Shown piece after piece: positions 1-10,526 of a stretch of 64,000 nucleotides of DNA (its first letter is position 1; the number at the start of each line of letters is the position of its first letter). A program made the position numbers and the translations under genes. Source of the stretch: Chara braunii (Eukaryota; Plantae; Charophyceae). A model generated the notes under the pieces. That model did not search any database. It worked only from the letters and a program-made list of their open reading frames with translations, and was not told the DNA's origin. The stretch covers positions 2,983,663-3,047,662 of the forward strand of contig BFEA01000014.1 of assembly GCA_003427395.1 (NCBI GenBank), read 5' to 3'.

Positions 1-17
1 TTCTGCAAAATTGTATC

Positions 18-110
18 TGGGATGCTGGACCCTGTTTCCAGTAGGTGCTGCTCCCCACCAATAGATTGGAGCAACTAAAAATAAAAATAAATTATAAAAA
101 TAAAAATAAA
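18..110 (+). mobile_element. LINE 3'-terminal module copy (hairpin + pseudoknot) with A-rich tail
   Basis: gggatgctggaccctgtttccagtaggtgctgctccccaccaatagattggagc followed by A-rich run. Confidence 0.85.
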
Positions 111-215
111 GAGTCCAACCTCCTGATGAGTCAGTAACAGTCCAACAATACAATCTGTCATAAGAGTCCAACCTCCTGATGGGTCAGTAATAGTCCAACA
201 ATACAGTCTGTCATA
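110..215. repeat. ~53-bp tandem duplication
   Basis: agagtccaacctcctgatgRgtcagtaaYagtccaacaatacaRtctgtcata occurs twice. Confidence 0.9.
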
Positions 216-237
216 ACCCCCACTTTCTCCTTCAAGT

Positions 238-240
<3 letters not shown>

Positions 241-320
<80 letters not shown>
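241..320. repeat. (CT)n microsatellite
   Basis: Direct reading; further (CT)n tracts flank the 48965-49570 gap. Confidence 0.98.
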
Positions 321-325
<5 letters not shown>

Positions 326-940
326 NNNNNNNNNNNNNNNNNNNNNNNNNNNNNNNNNNNNNNNNNNNNNNNNNNNNNNNNNNNNNNNNNNNNNNNNNNN
401 NNNNNNNNNNNNNNNNNNNNNNNNNNNNNNNNNNNNNNNNNNNNNNNNNNNNNNNNNNNNNNNNNNNNNNNNNNNNNNNNNNNNNNNNNNNNNNNNNNNN
501 NNNNNNNNNNNNNNNNNNNNNNNNNNNNNNNNNNNNNNNNNNNNNNNNNNNNNNNNNNNNNNNNNNNNNNNNNNNNNNNNNNNNNNNNNNNNNNNNNNNN
601 NNNNNNNNNNNNNNNNNNNNNNNNNNNNNNNNNNNNNNNNNNNNNNNNNNNNNNNNNNNNNNNNNNNNNNNNNNNNNNNNNNNNNNNNNNNNNNNNNNNN
701 NNNNNNNNNNNNNNNNNNNNNNNNNNNNNNNNNNNNNNNNNNNNNNNNNNNNNNNNNNNNNNNNNNNNNNNNNNNNNNNNNNNNNNNNNNNNNNNNNNNN
801 NNNNNNNNNNNNNNNNNNNNNNNNNNNNNNNNNNNNNNNNNNNNNNNNNNNNNNNNNNNNNNNNNNNNNNNNNNNNNNNNNNNNNNNNNNNNNNNNNNNN
901 NNNNNNNNNNNNNNNNNNNNNNNNNNNNNNNNNNNNNNNN
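326..940. other. Assembly gap (N-run); further gaps at 42013-42532 and 48965-49570
   Basis: Runs of n; ORFs spanning them are artefacts. Confidence 0.99.
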
Positions 941-2804
941 CCGGGTCCAGCGTCCCTTACCATTTCAGGAAAGCGAAAATTGTAAAAATCCAGCAGTTAT
1001 ANAGCCATGCCACGTGTCCATTGTACTATAGATTAGTTAACACCTGAATTGACATGTAGGCACACATCACTGATCCGATGACCAGCATTGATTGCCCTCA
1101 ACTGAGGGGATTAACTGGCCATCGCAATCTAAAGTCTTTATATCCCTATTCTAAATTCCTCAGCATCTTCAAAAATCACTCTCACAACACGACGGAGAGG
1201 AGGGGTGTTTAGAAGTAGGGCTAAAACATCAATTATAGGAACACCTCGGACGAAAGNCCGTTCCACTATTGCAATTCCTTATATAAGGTTACGTGCACCC
1301 TCCTTATCGGAATCAACGAATCCGCTCAAGTGGGGAGACAGTATGTAGCAAACTTGATAGCGAGATAGCCACGTGGCGAATCCTAACTAATCGTGGGCGT
1401 GAAGTCAAACCTGCAGCAGGGCTCCAATCAATCACACAGGCAGCATGACGCCAACCGTCATCTGTCCGCCAACCCCGGCAATCGCCCCAGTGCCAATCCT
1501 TAATGCCCCGCCTGCCATAACACGTGGCCAAATCCTTATTATAGGGGAAAGGGAGAACAACAATTCCACATGGCTAGCGGATAAAATCCCGAACTCACTT
1601 GCTACTCTTCTATCCTACCCCCTCACGCCTCCATCCCACTCCTCTCCCCCAATCCCGACCTTCCTGTTTTCCAATCAACCCGATCACCTTCACCTCTCGC
1701 CCATCTCCCCCTTCTACTACAGCCGAAGAGCAGAAGAAGACATCTGGGGGGAGGGGAAGGGGAAGAGGGGAGGGGGCGGCGCACAATAGAAGAAATAGAA
1801 GAGATTGCCCAACCTCACTTACCCCTTCATAAGCACCGTCGTTTTTGTAATGCATATCGTTGTTGTTATTATTGTTGATGTTGATGTCCCCGTTGTTATC
1901 AACTCCTTTGTTGTTATCACTGTTGTTTCTATTGTTGTTGTTGTTGTGCGCAGTGCCGTCACGACCAGCGTTGTTGCTGCAGTTATCGACGATGCCATAG
2001 GTGACTGCACCGAAATTGTTATCGATATAGTTGCCGGTCATGCTTGCACCGTTATTAACACCGTCCGCAGTGCCATCTTCGTTGTCGTAGATCCGAGCGA
2101 TGCTGAAGGAATGATCATTGCCATCACCGCTGTCAATCTTGGCGGCATCATCTGCACTGGTGTTGCTGTTGTGAGGGTCTGCCGTGATATCGTCGTCGTC
2201 CTCAAAAAAACATTCCTCCAGCTAGCCGCAGAGACCTTGCCCCTCCTCCAGCTCTTCGCAACAGCGCCGCATCAGTGCCTGAAATTGTGGCCGATCTGTA
2301 GGTGCTTCCGGATGGGGGGGCGGCCCCTCCTCCAACCCCCGCGCAATCTCCAGCATGGATTGCTGGACACTCCGAATCCACGACATGGATGGCACCCTCC
2401 TCTCGGTCACAATCATTCGCAACATCGCCACCATCCGGCTTAAAGCCGCCGCTCTCACCTGGGCGGTGCTAAACCACTCGACAGCTCCCAACCGCATCTC
2501 GTTCGAACCGTCCATGTCCATCCTCCGAACCCCACGTCACACACTACTACACGCTCCTAGTGTTGCCCCTCCTTACTGATGCCACCCCTAGAGGTCCACT
2601 ACCGACACGCCACGTGGCGTGCCCGTCATCAGCACTGAGGCCACGTCAGATAACAGGGAAACCTGTCCTACCGTGTTGCGCAATGAGCGGGCCGGGCCGT
2701 GCCGGCCGGTCCCCCGCGGGAGACCAGGGCGCCAGTAGCCCGTAACGCAGGTCGTCAGCAGGTTCTCATTCTCATCCTCCACTGTGACAGAGCACTAGCA
2801 GTTA

Positions 2805-2950
2805 GTTTGTTTTCTAGCAGGTGTTGTTTGTTTTCTAGCAGGTGTTGCTCCCCACCAATAGATGGAGCCTTTCCCTAGGTGCTAGCAGTGTTTGCTCTTG
2901 TCAGCACTGCTAGCACTAGAGGGGGGGTGCTTAAAAAAAAAAAAAAAAAA
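2805..2950 (+). mobile_element. 5'-truncated LINE 3'-terminal module with poly(A)
   Basis: ctagcaggtgttgctccccaccaatagatggagc...tgctcttgtcagcac...A18; first ~20 bp tandemly duplicated. Confidence 0.8.
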
Positions 2951-3420
2951 GAGAGCACTGGCAGTTAAACCACCAATAGTTTTTTGACCCTTCCCTTGCC
3001 GAGCCCTGAACGCACTGCGCACCAAGAAAACAGGAAGTGGCACGGGCTGTCGTTTGACTGGTGCCGTCAGCCATGATTCTGCTCCAGTAGGCAGAACCCC
3101 GAAACTTGCGGCTTGCATGCAGCCACATCGGAGCAAAATGGCTGGGAAGCATACTGGTGGTTTAATCCCCTGGTTTCCCCAGGGCAATGAATGCTGCAGC
3201 CTGAGTAGTCTATTTGTTTCTTCTCCAGTCTCCCTCTTGTGATCTTGAGAGGTGGCCTCCTCTTGGGTTGTTGGGCCCAGTTCCCAGCACAAGCTGTGAA
3301 TAGACGGGAACCTTCTCTTTTATTTTTCCTTTTTTTTTTTTCAATGGTGTGCCACACACCATCTCGGAGGTTGCGGACTGGGATGTGTTTCAATTTTCAA
3401 AATAATAAAAACAAAAAAAG

Positions 3421-3670
3421 GGGAAACTGCTCCTGAGTCAGCTTTTTAGTTTGAAATAGGCAAGAAAAGACAAAATGGCACTGATGTCATTGTTCAAGTT
3501 TCGAATGTGCAAGTTTAGCGGGGGTTGAAACTGTGACCTTTTTGTTTTGAAGTGGCATGAATGCAGATTTAGTGGCGGCTTTTTTTGCCCTGAACAGTGT
3601 TTTAAGAACTGCTAAAGTTGACTATTCCAAACGCTAGGTGTGACCCAGGAGCCGCTGCCTTTTAAGAACA
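3421..3670 (+). mobile_element. Long TIR segment of a probable Mutator-like DNA transposon
   Basis: Begins gggaaactgctcctgagtcag; closely matches 21225-21437 (+) and 20940-21210 (-). Superfamily inferred from the long TIR with G-rich terminus. Confidence 0.55.
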
Positions 3671-3842
3671 AAAATAGTGAATTTCATTAAAATTTCGTCC
3701 ATAGTAATGTTGGAAAACAGGTGCAAATACTGTGCTTGGAGTGAAAAAGAGAGAAGAGGGGGGAGGGGGGGGAGGGACGGGGGGGGTGAAAACAAGGCTC
3801 ATGAACAAGGCTCATGCATCCAACTATTACGGTTACCCCGAA

Positions 3843-3976
3843 CAGACAATTCCCCTGCCTCCAGGGGCAATCAATGCCAGCAGGTTTGGCAGGACCAAGT
3901 CTCAGATGTGGCCGATGGAACGCTGGACCCCGTTTCCAGCAGGTGAAGCTCCCCACCAATAGAATGTATTGGAGCA
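3843..3976 (+). mobile_element. LINE 3'-UTR fragment: upstream hairpin plus pseudoknot module
   Basis: aattcccc...ggggcaatcaatgc then cgctggaccccgtttccagcaggtgaagctccccaccaatag...ggagc. Confidence 0.75.
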
Positions 3977-5361
3977 ACCAGCACCGGTTCGAGGAGCAGG
4001 GGCTGCTCCTGTAATCCCCTCCTACTAGCCGAAACGATGACCGAAACAAGGGGGCCAGAACTGGGGAACCTACGCGGGAGTCACAGAAATGTGTTATAAT
4101 TGCATTATGGGCCAAAATACAGTTTCAAATTGCAGTTCAGGCAATGTATACAACCCAGCTTTCTGGCCAGGTAGGGTGCCCAAAAAACAAAAGTGCATTT
4201 GCAAACTGTATCTTGCCCCATACTGCAGCTATAACTCTCTTTTGTGACTCGGATTTCTATTTGCCTTCCAAACTTTGGAGAAAGGTCACCGTGTTTCATA
4301 TCCAGGGAAGTGCTTTTTTTTTTTTTTTTTTTCAAACATCATGGGAGGGGAGTAGGGGGGGTGCTGATAAGAGCAGACACCCCCTCTACTCGCCCTACTT
4401 GGTAGATGGCTCCGTTCCATTGGTGGGGAGCTGCACCTGCTGGAAAGCGGGTCCAGCGTCCCTTACATCATAAACATTGGAAAAACAAGGAACAGCATGT
4501 GCTGGGAACCGGGCCCAGCGTCCCATAGAATAAACACAGAACAGGAAACGGTAGGAGAGTTTTGTTCCTGTTTGGATCCTGCGCCTCTTCACCCTGAACG
4601 GGCGCCAGATATGCATGTATAACTAGCACTTCCAATTTCTCAAGTCACTCCCTGCCTCTTCACCCTCAAAGGGCACCTGATCTGAGAATATAACTGACAC
4701 TATTAGCCTTCCAAGCTTATATATAGGGACCTGACTATCTATTCTGGAGTCAACATTTTGCTCTCATTCTTCACCCTAAACAGGCGCTTGAACTGAGAGT
4801 ATGACTAACTATTAATGTTCCAAGATTATAGGTAAGGACCTGGCTATCCATTCTAAAGTTTTCATTTTGCAGAGGAGAATTGCAGAGACCAGGTTTGCTC
4901 CCATTTGGCCTTCTTATCCCTCTTCCTGCGTAATACAAACCTTCCTATACACTCCTGTTTTAAATAGCCTTTTCCAGGACTGTTGACATGAGAAAAAATT
5001 CCTCCTGCTTGTAATTGAAAATGACTTTTGTGCTATCTGAGGTTTTGTGAGATAAGGCTGAAGACGGGTAACCCAGGTCAGGGAAGGATCTTTCTGGCTG
5101 GGGGAGTTATAGCTCCTTCCCGTACCAGGATAGTGGGACCAGAACATCCTAAGGTAGAGGGAAGAAACTTGGAAACTCGTTGGCTGGGCGTAGGGGGATT
5201 GTAGGCTCCACCTGAGTCCAGTTATTAAAAATTAGTTTGAAATTTCTGTTTGTTATTTGATCTTCCTCTGTGCCCTCGTCCTCCCATATCACCCTCCCTA
5301 TTTTTCCCCCTTTTACCCCTCCCAGCCAGTTACTGCTGAATTGTTTGAGAGAGTTAGATAT

Positions 5362-8300
5362 TTATGATTTGTTTGAGTTAAATTGGATTTCTTCTTTGAG
5401 GATTACCCACTTATCGTGTATGTGGGTTTGAATTTGTTGCTTGATCGTGTCGGTGAATTCTGGGCCGTCTAACCTCGCATACTCCCATTCAAAAGTATTC
5501 CTTCTCTGGCAAATCGCCCAGAGCACCGCCCTTCTGCCTAGGGAAAAAATGTTCAGGGTGAAATTGTCCTCTGGATCAGGTGACCAATGTTCCAGCAGTA
5601 TTGCTTTCCAGCACCACGGCCAAGCATGACTTACCTCTAATTGATGCCAGATGCGGTCCCACCACCTCCAAAACCAAATGGAACCCGGACATTCTAAAAA
5701 GATATGTTCAATTGTTTCCAGAAATTTCCGACTTGGGAATGCAGATTTACATAGCTTGCACCAGGGATCTGAAATCCCTCTTTCTCCCAGAGTGGTACGG
5801 TCAGCAAGCCAATCATTCGTGGGGAGGCAGCGGTGCACTATCTGCCATTGAAGCGAGGCCACTTTGGAGGGTTTGATTTTAGAGTCTTTGAACCACTTGA
5901 TGCTTGTGAGGTCATCCCTGTTAATTCTCAGGTGTTTCATCCATCTTTCCATCACCCTGTCTTTTAAAGTAATCCTCGGTCTGAGCATACAGTATGTCGA
6001 TTTGACCGATAGGATGTGAAAATCTCTTCAGAAATTCCTGTTGGACTTTATTGTGATCCCCAAGACCAGTATAACGGGTCAAAAGGTAATTAAGAGATGG
6101 GTGTATTTGGTATGAAGGCGAGGTAAGACTGTGCATCAAGACACATAACTCTGATTCGAAAGATGGACTCGACTGGTACCCAGAATGGATCTCGTTTTTT
6201 GTTGAGGGTTAATGTGGTATCTTCTTGTAATTCTCCAGGGGCAATAAGAGCTTCTTTTTCTTGGGATATCAGGATGATATTACCTACCCTCTGCGATTCT
6301 TCTCTCATGGCCACCCAGTCGCTTGCCTGGAATTTTTTCCCCTTCCTAAGAATCCTGATCCATTCAATCGGGATCAGTTCAACAATTGTTTCTAAATTTC
6401 TTTGAATGTTGTGACAGTATTTAAGTTTTGATTGAAGTGTTTGAGGTGAGATCCAGTCCCCAATCACATCGTTCCAGATGTCTCTAATCCTAATCACTCC
6501 CTTTTTAATCCAGTTTTTCCAGGGTGCATCGTTGCAGTGAAGTGTAGTTCCCTTCTGGTTCCTGATCCATGTATTGTTGAAGAGTGGTTGTTGATTGATT
6601 TCTTCCCATGTGTTTGGGAAGTGTTTGTCCGGAATTGGTAGTTTCCTCCAGGTCTTAAGTAAGGTAGGCCAAAACGGGTCATTACTGATGTCTTTCCTGG
6701 CAGCCTCCCTACTAGACATTTGATCTGGATTTATCTCTTTAGTTATTCCTCTGGGGATTGGCCAATCCCTGTTTTCAAGCCACATAGTGGGATCTATGTC
6801 TTCACTTGTCTGGGGAGCAAGTCTTTTGAGTCGTTCCCACGCAAGGCCGCTCCATGGAGTTTGGGGATTGAGTAGAAGTCTCTTCACCCATTAGATAGAT
6901 AGCGCCATGACTTGGGTGGTTGGATCAATGATGCCCAGACCTCCTCTTGATTTTGGTTGGATGACAGAGGACCAAGCTACCCTACTAATAACATTTTGGA
7001 GTTCGTGGTTTCCTCTCCATAAGAACGCTCTGAGTTGTTGTGGGAGTGATTTTGTCCATTTGCAGTCCAGGGGTCAGATTGTGGATTTATACCACATAGC
7101 CGCTAGGATTACGTTATTAATAACCAAAGCTCTGCCCATTATGGATGTGTGCTTGTTCTTCCATAGTTCCAATTTGGTCTGAGCGCTTTGGAGAATAACC
7201 TCATCGTTTATTTTGGGTTTCCCATGCACCGCCAATGAGATACCTAACACTTTTATTGGTTCATCTGGGGATAACCATTTGATTTTTGGCTCCTCTGGGG
7301 GTCTAACTCCCTGGTGATGGATCCACCAGCCTAGTGTCTCGCTTCCCCTGTTGACCTTCATATCTGCTATTTTACAAATTTTTTTCATTAAATTCTTAAT
7401 CGCTTCCATGTTCTCGTGTGTAGCATCAACCATTAAGGATAGATCATCTGCAAAGAGAGAGCATATGGGGATAGCTTCTTCCGGTATGGATGATATTTGA
7501 ATCTTTCGAATGTCTTTGTGATGCTTGATTTTGGCCGCCAGGGCCTCCATTACAATAATGAAAAGGAGGGGAGCCAGGGGATCGCCCTGTCTGACCGACC
7601 TCTGTAGATCAATTGGTGGGGCTAAGCTGCCATTTATCATAAGTCTCGTCGTAGCGTTGTGGTGCATGATGGAGATCCATTTTCTAAAGCTTGGACCAAA
7701 ATTCATTCTCTCTAGGCATTTATCAAGAAACAGCCAGTCAACGTGATCATAGGCCTTTTCAAAATCAATAAATATAAAGGTCGCGTTATGCTTTGTTCGG
7801 CGTGTGATTTTAATGAGTTCATTTATTAGGAGGATGTTGTCTTGAATATTTCTACCAGTAATGAATCCTGTCTGTGAAGGGTGAATGATATCTACAATGA
7901 ACTTTAGCACTCTATCGACCAATGCCTTGGCAATCAGTTTGTATACCACCGTGAGAAGTGTGATAGGTCGATAGTTTCGAATATTCATTTTATCCCCTTT
8001 TTTGTAAAGAAGAGTGAGGATCCCTTGACTCACTATTTCGCCCATATCACCTACTTCCCAGACCGCTCGGTAGAAATCCATTAGATCTTGTGAGAGTGTT
8101 TCCCACATGGATTCCCAGAATTCTTTTGGAAGACCATCTATGCCTGGTGTCTTTTCTTCATCCATTAAAATAAGCGTTTTCCAAATTTCATCTTTTGTTA
8201 GGTGTTTTTCTAACATCTCCCTTTGTTCTGCTGTGATGGATTTATTGAAGGAAAGTAGAAAATCCTTGATTAGTTCTTATTTTTCTGTCCTGGGTATCGA

Positions 8301-8465
8301 TGATTTTTTTGACGTGAAAATGTCTTTATAGAAATCTCTTACTAGTTTCATGCTAGCTGCGGTTGAGATGGTTAATGGTTGGTTTCTATTAAAGGGGTTG
8401 AATAATGCTTATATTGTAGTTCTTCCAGTTCTGACTCTGGCCATAGCAAAAAATCTGGCATCCGA
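5362..8465 (-). pseudogene. LINE-A ORF2: reverse transcriptase and C-terminal zinc-binding region
   Basis: KTPGIDG, NYRPITLL, QTGFI, DFEKAYD, VRQGDPLAPLLF, LFADD; then CKLC...ETIEHIFLEC. Frameshifted into several ORFs. Confidence 0.95.
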
Positions 8466-9183
8466 CTGAGTCCATGCGAAGTGTTTTTTGAAATCTGAGT
8501 AAGATTTCAGAAGACGATGTCTAATCTTGGTAAATCTCTTGACCGCCGCGCACCTGTGCCTCCAATAAATCCAAACATGTCAGCTCGTCGTCGTCGAAAA
8601 TCAAAGTAGACCTTCGTCCACATCGCATGACTCTAACAATCCGAGTATTATAAAAGAAGGTCATCCGAGAGGCTAGTCTCGAAACAATAACTCGGAGAGG
8701 TCGACTAAGTCCAAACAGGTGTCGAGTCTCTGTGTCCCAGATCCGAACGATGCCGAAACGCCTACCGGACTAGGTAATCTTGATACTCACAATGACTCGA
8801 GAGAGGCATTGGAGGTTACTCGCGCGGTGGAAATACAAAGTATATCCGTAAAGCTCGTCGGGAGTCCGAGCCGTGTTGGCTCGGAAATCCGTGCGAGTAT
8901 TAGGGAAAAATCCCTCGCCATTTTGAAGCAGTCCAATGAAGCCGAACCAGTCGATAGGAGATCCATCTCGAACTCGTAAAAGTCGCGCCGCACTCCTGAT
9001 GAAATCCTCCTCGTGTGTATCACGAACCAGCAGATACCAAGGGATTGTTAGGTCTCGTCGTGCTCCAGACATCTGCATATCAGAACGAATCCAAATTAGT
9101 CGCGTAAGAACTCATTGAGTTCTTCAGCTTCATCTTCCAAATCATCATCATATAATGCTTCGGCTCCTATAATAGCGAACCTA
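8466..9183 (-). other. 718-bp non-LINE insertion in the ORF2 EN-RT linker
   Basis: Removing it joins MEGEQ to SDARFFAMAR in frame, matching TEGGMDARFFAIAR in the paralogue at ~50200-50250. Confidence 0.85.
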
Positions 9184-10443
9184 TTGCTCACCTTCCATTT
9201 GATGTCTTTTTAACTTGCCACGAATTTTGAAGCCCTGCCACCTGTACTCCATGAATTTGAGTAGTTGATCTTCCAGGGACTGGATCTCTAGAGATGTTGA
9301 TGCAAGATCCTCGTCACTTTGTGAGGTTGGATCTGTTTTCTGTAGTTGTTGAATTTTTTCTTGGATTTCTATTTCCTTTTGGTGTCTCAGTTTTGCTAAG
9401 GCTTTTGAATATTCATTGCATTTACGTCCTAGAAACACAAGGCCGTTGTTGAACCACGTAATGTTATCATTAAAAATTGATTTTTTATTTTTCCAGAATT
9501 CCCAAACATCTTTAATGTATTGTAGAAAATCTTGGTCCTTGAGGTGAGATGTATTTAGTTTATAGAATCCTTTACCTTGGTCTATTTTTTTCCGAAGAGA
9601 ATAAACCGCCATACCCATTGCGTGATCTAAACCAGGAAAAGGGCTTCTAGGGAGGACACTTGCAAATTGAAGTCCCCCCTGAAGGTCTTCTGAGACTAGA
9701 ATGAGGTCAATTCTTGATTTGGTTGGTTTATTTGAGTGTCTTTTAGTGAAGCAGAAAAAAACTTTTGTGGAAGGATTCAATCTCCAGAAGGAGTCAAATA
9801 GATTAAAGGATGAACATAGGTCCGATATGGTTTGCTCATCCTCTTCTACATAGGCTGGGGTCGGCATGGGTATGTTCCATCTATCTAGATTACGATCCGG
9901 AGCTGCATTGAAATTTTCCGCTATTATGAATGGGATACCTATTGGGAGGTGAGGAAGGAGGGAGTCGAAAAAAACATTGCGTTCTCCGACATCATTTGGG
10001 CCGTATACATTCAGAATACTGACTACCTCTAATTCCAGCATAGCCAGTATGTATATCCATCTCCCCTCTTTTTGGTCTGCTTCCCATTTTAAAATTTCGA
10101 CCTTCGAGTCCGGAGGGATCCATATTGCGACCCCTGCGCTGCCTGGCTTTGTGACATGGGCCCGAAAAGCTGTGTGAGGCCAGAATTGCTTGTGTATGTG
10201 ATTGTGAGACGGGGTGTCCATTAAATGTGTCTCTTGAATGCATATTACATCAGGCCACTGTCTTCCTCCTACCCCTTTTAAGAGGTCTGTGATGGCATGT
10301 CGCTTGGGGGGCTTGGCAGTTGCTAGACCATTAACGTTCAGAGTCCTTAGGTCCAGGTCTGCACTGCGCTTAATTAGCCTCCAATTCTTGTCCTTGTTGT
10401 AAAGAAGGTCAATCAAATTTATATCCCCAACTTTATTGTCCAT
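9184..10443 (-). pseudogene. LINE-A ORF2 N-terminus: APE-like endonuclease
   Basis: Motifs TLNVNG, ICIQETH, GVAI, NVYGPN, (G)dFN-like AENFN, SRIDLIL, LDH. Confidence 0.95.
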
Positions 10444-10526
10444 TTTATTTTATTTCTTCCCAATTTACCGTATCGAGGATATTTCCTTTTTCAAGCGTCA
10501 CTTTCCCTAATAGTCTAAGGAGTAGA

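Noticed and set aside
123-135. CTGATGAG hammerhead-like core in a tandem duplication
   Set aside because: No downstream GAAA or closing stems; the second copy reads CTGATGGG.
8466-9193. Insert in LINE ORF2 as a spliceosomal intron (GTGAGC or GTTCGC ... CAG)
   Set aside because: Either donor gives a frameshift or leaves a TAG stop; only non-canonical excision restores the frame.
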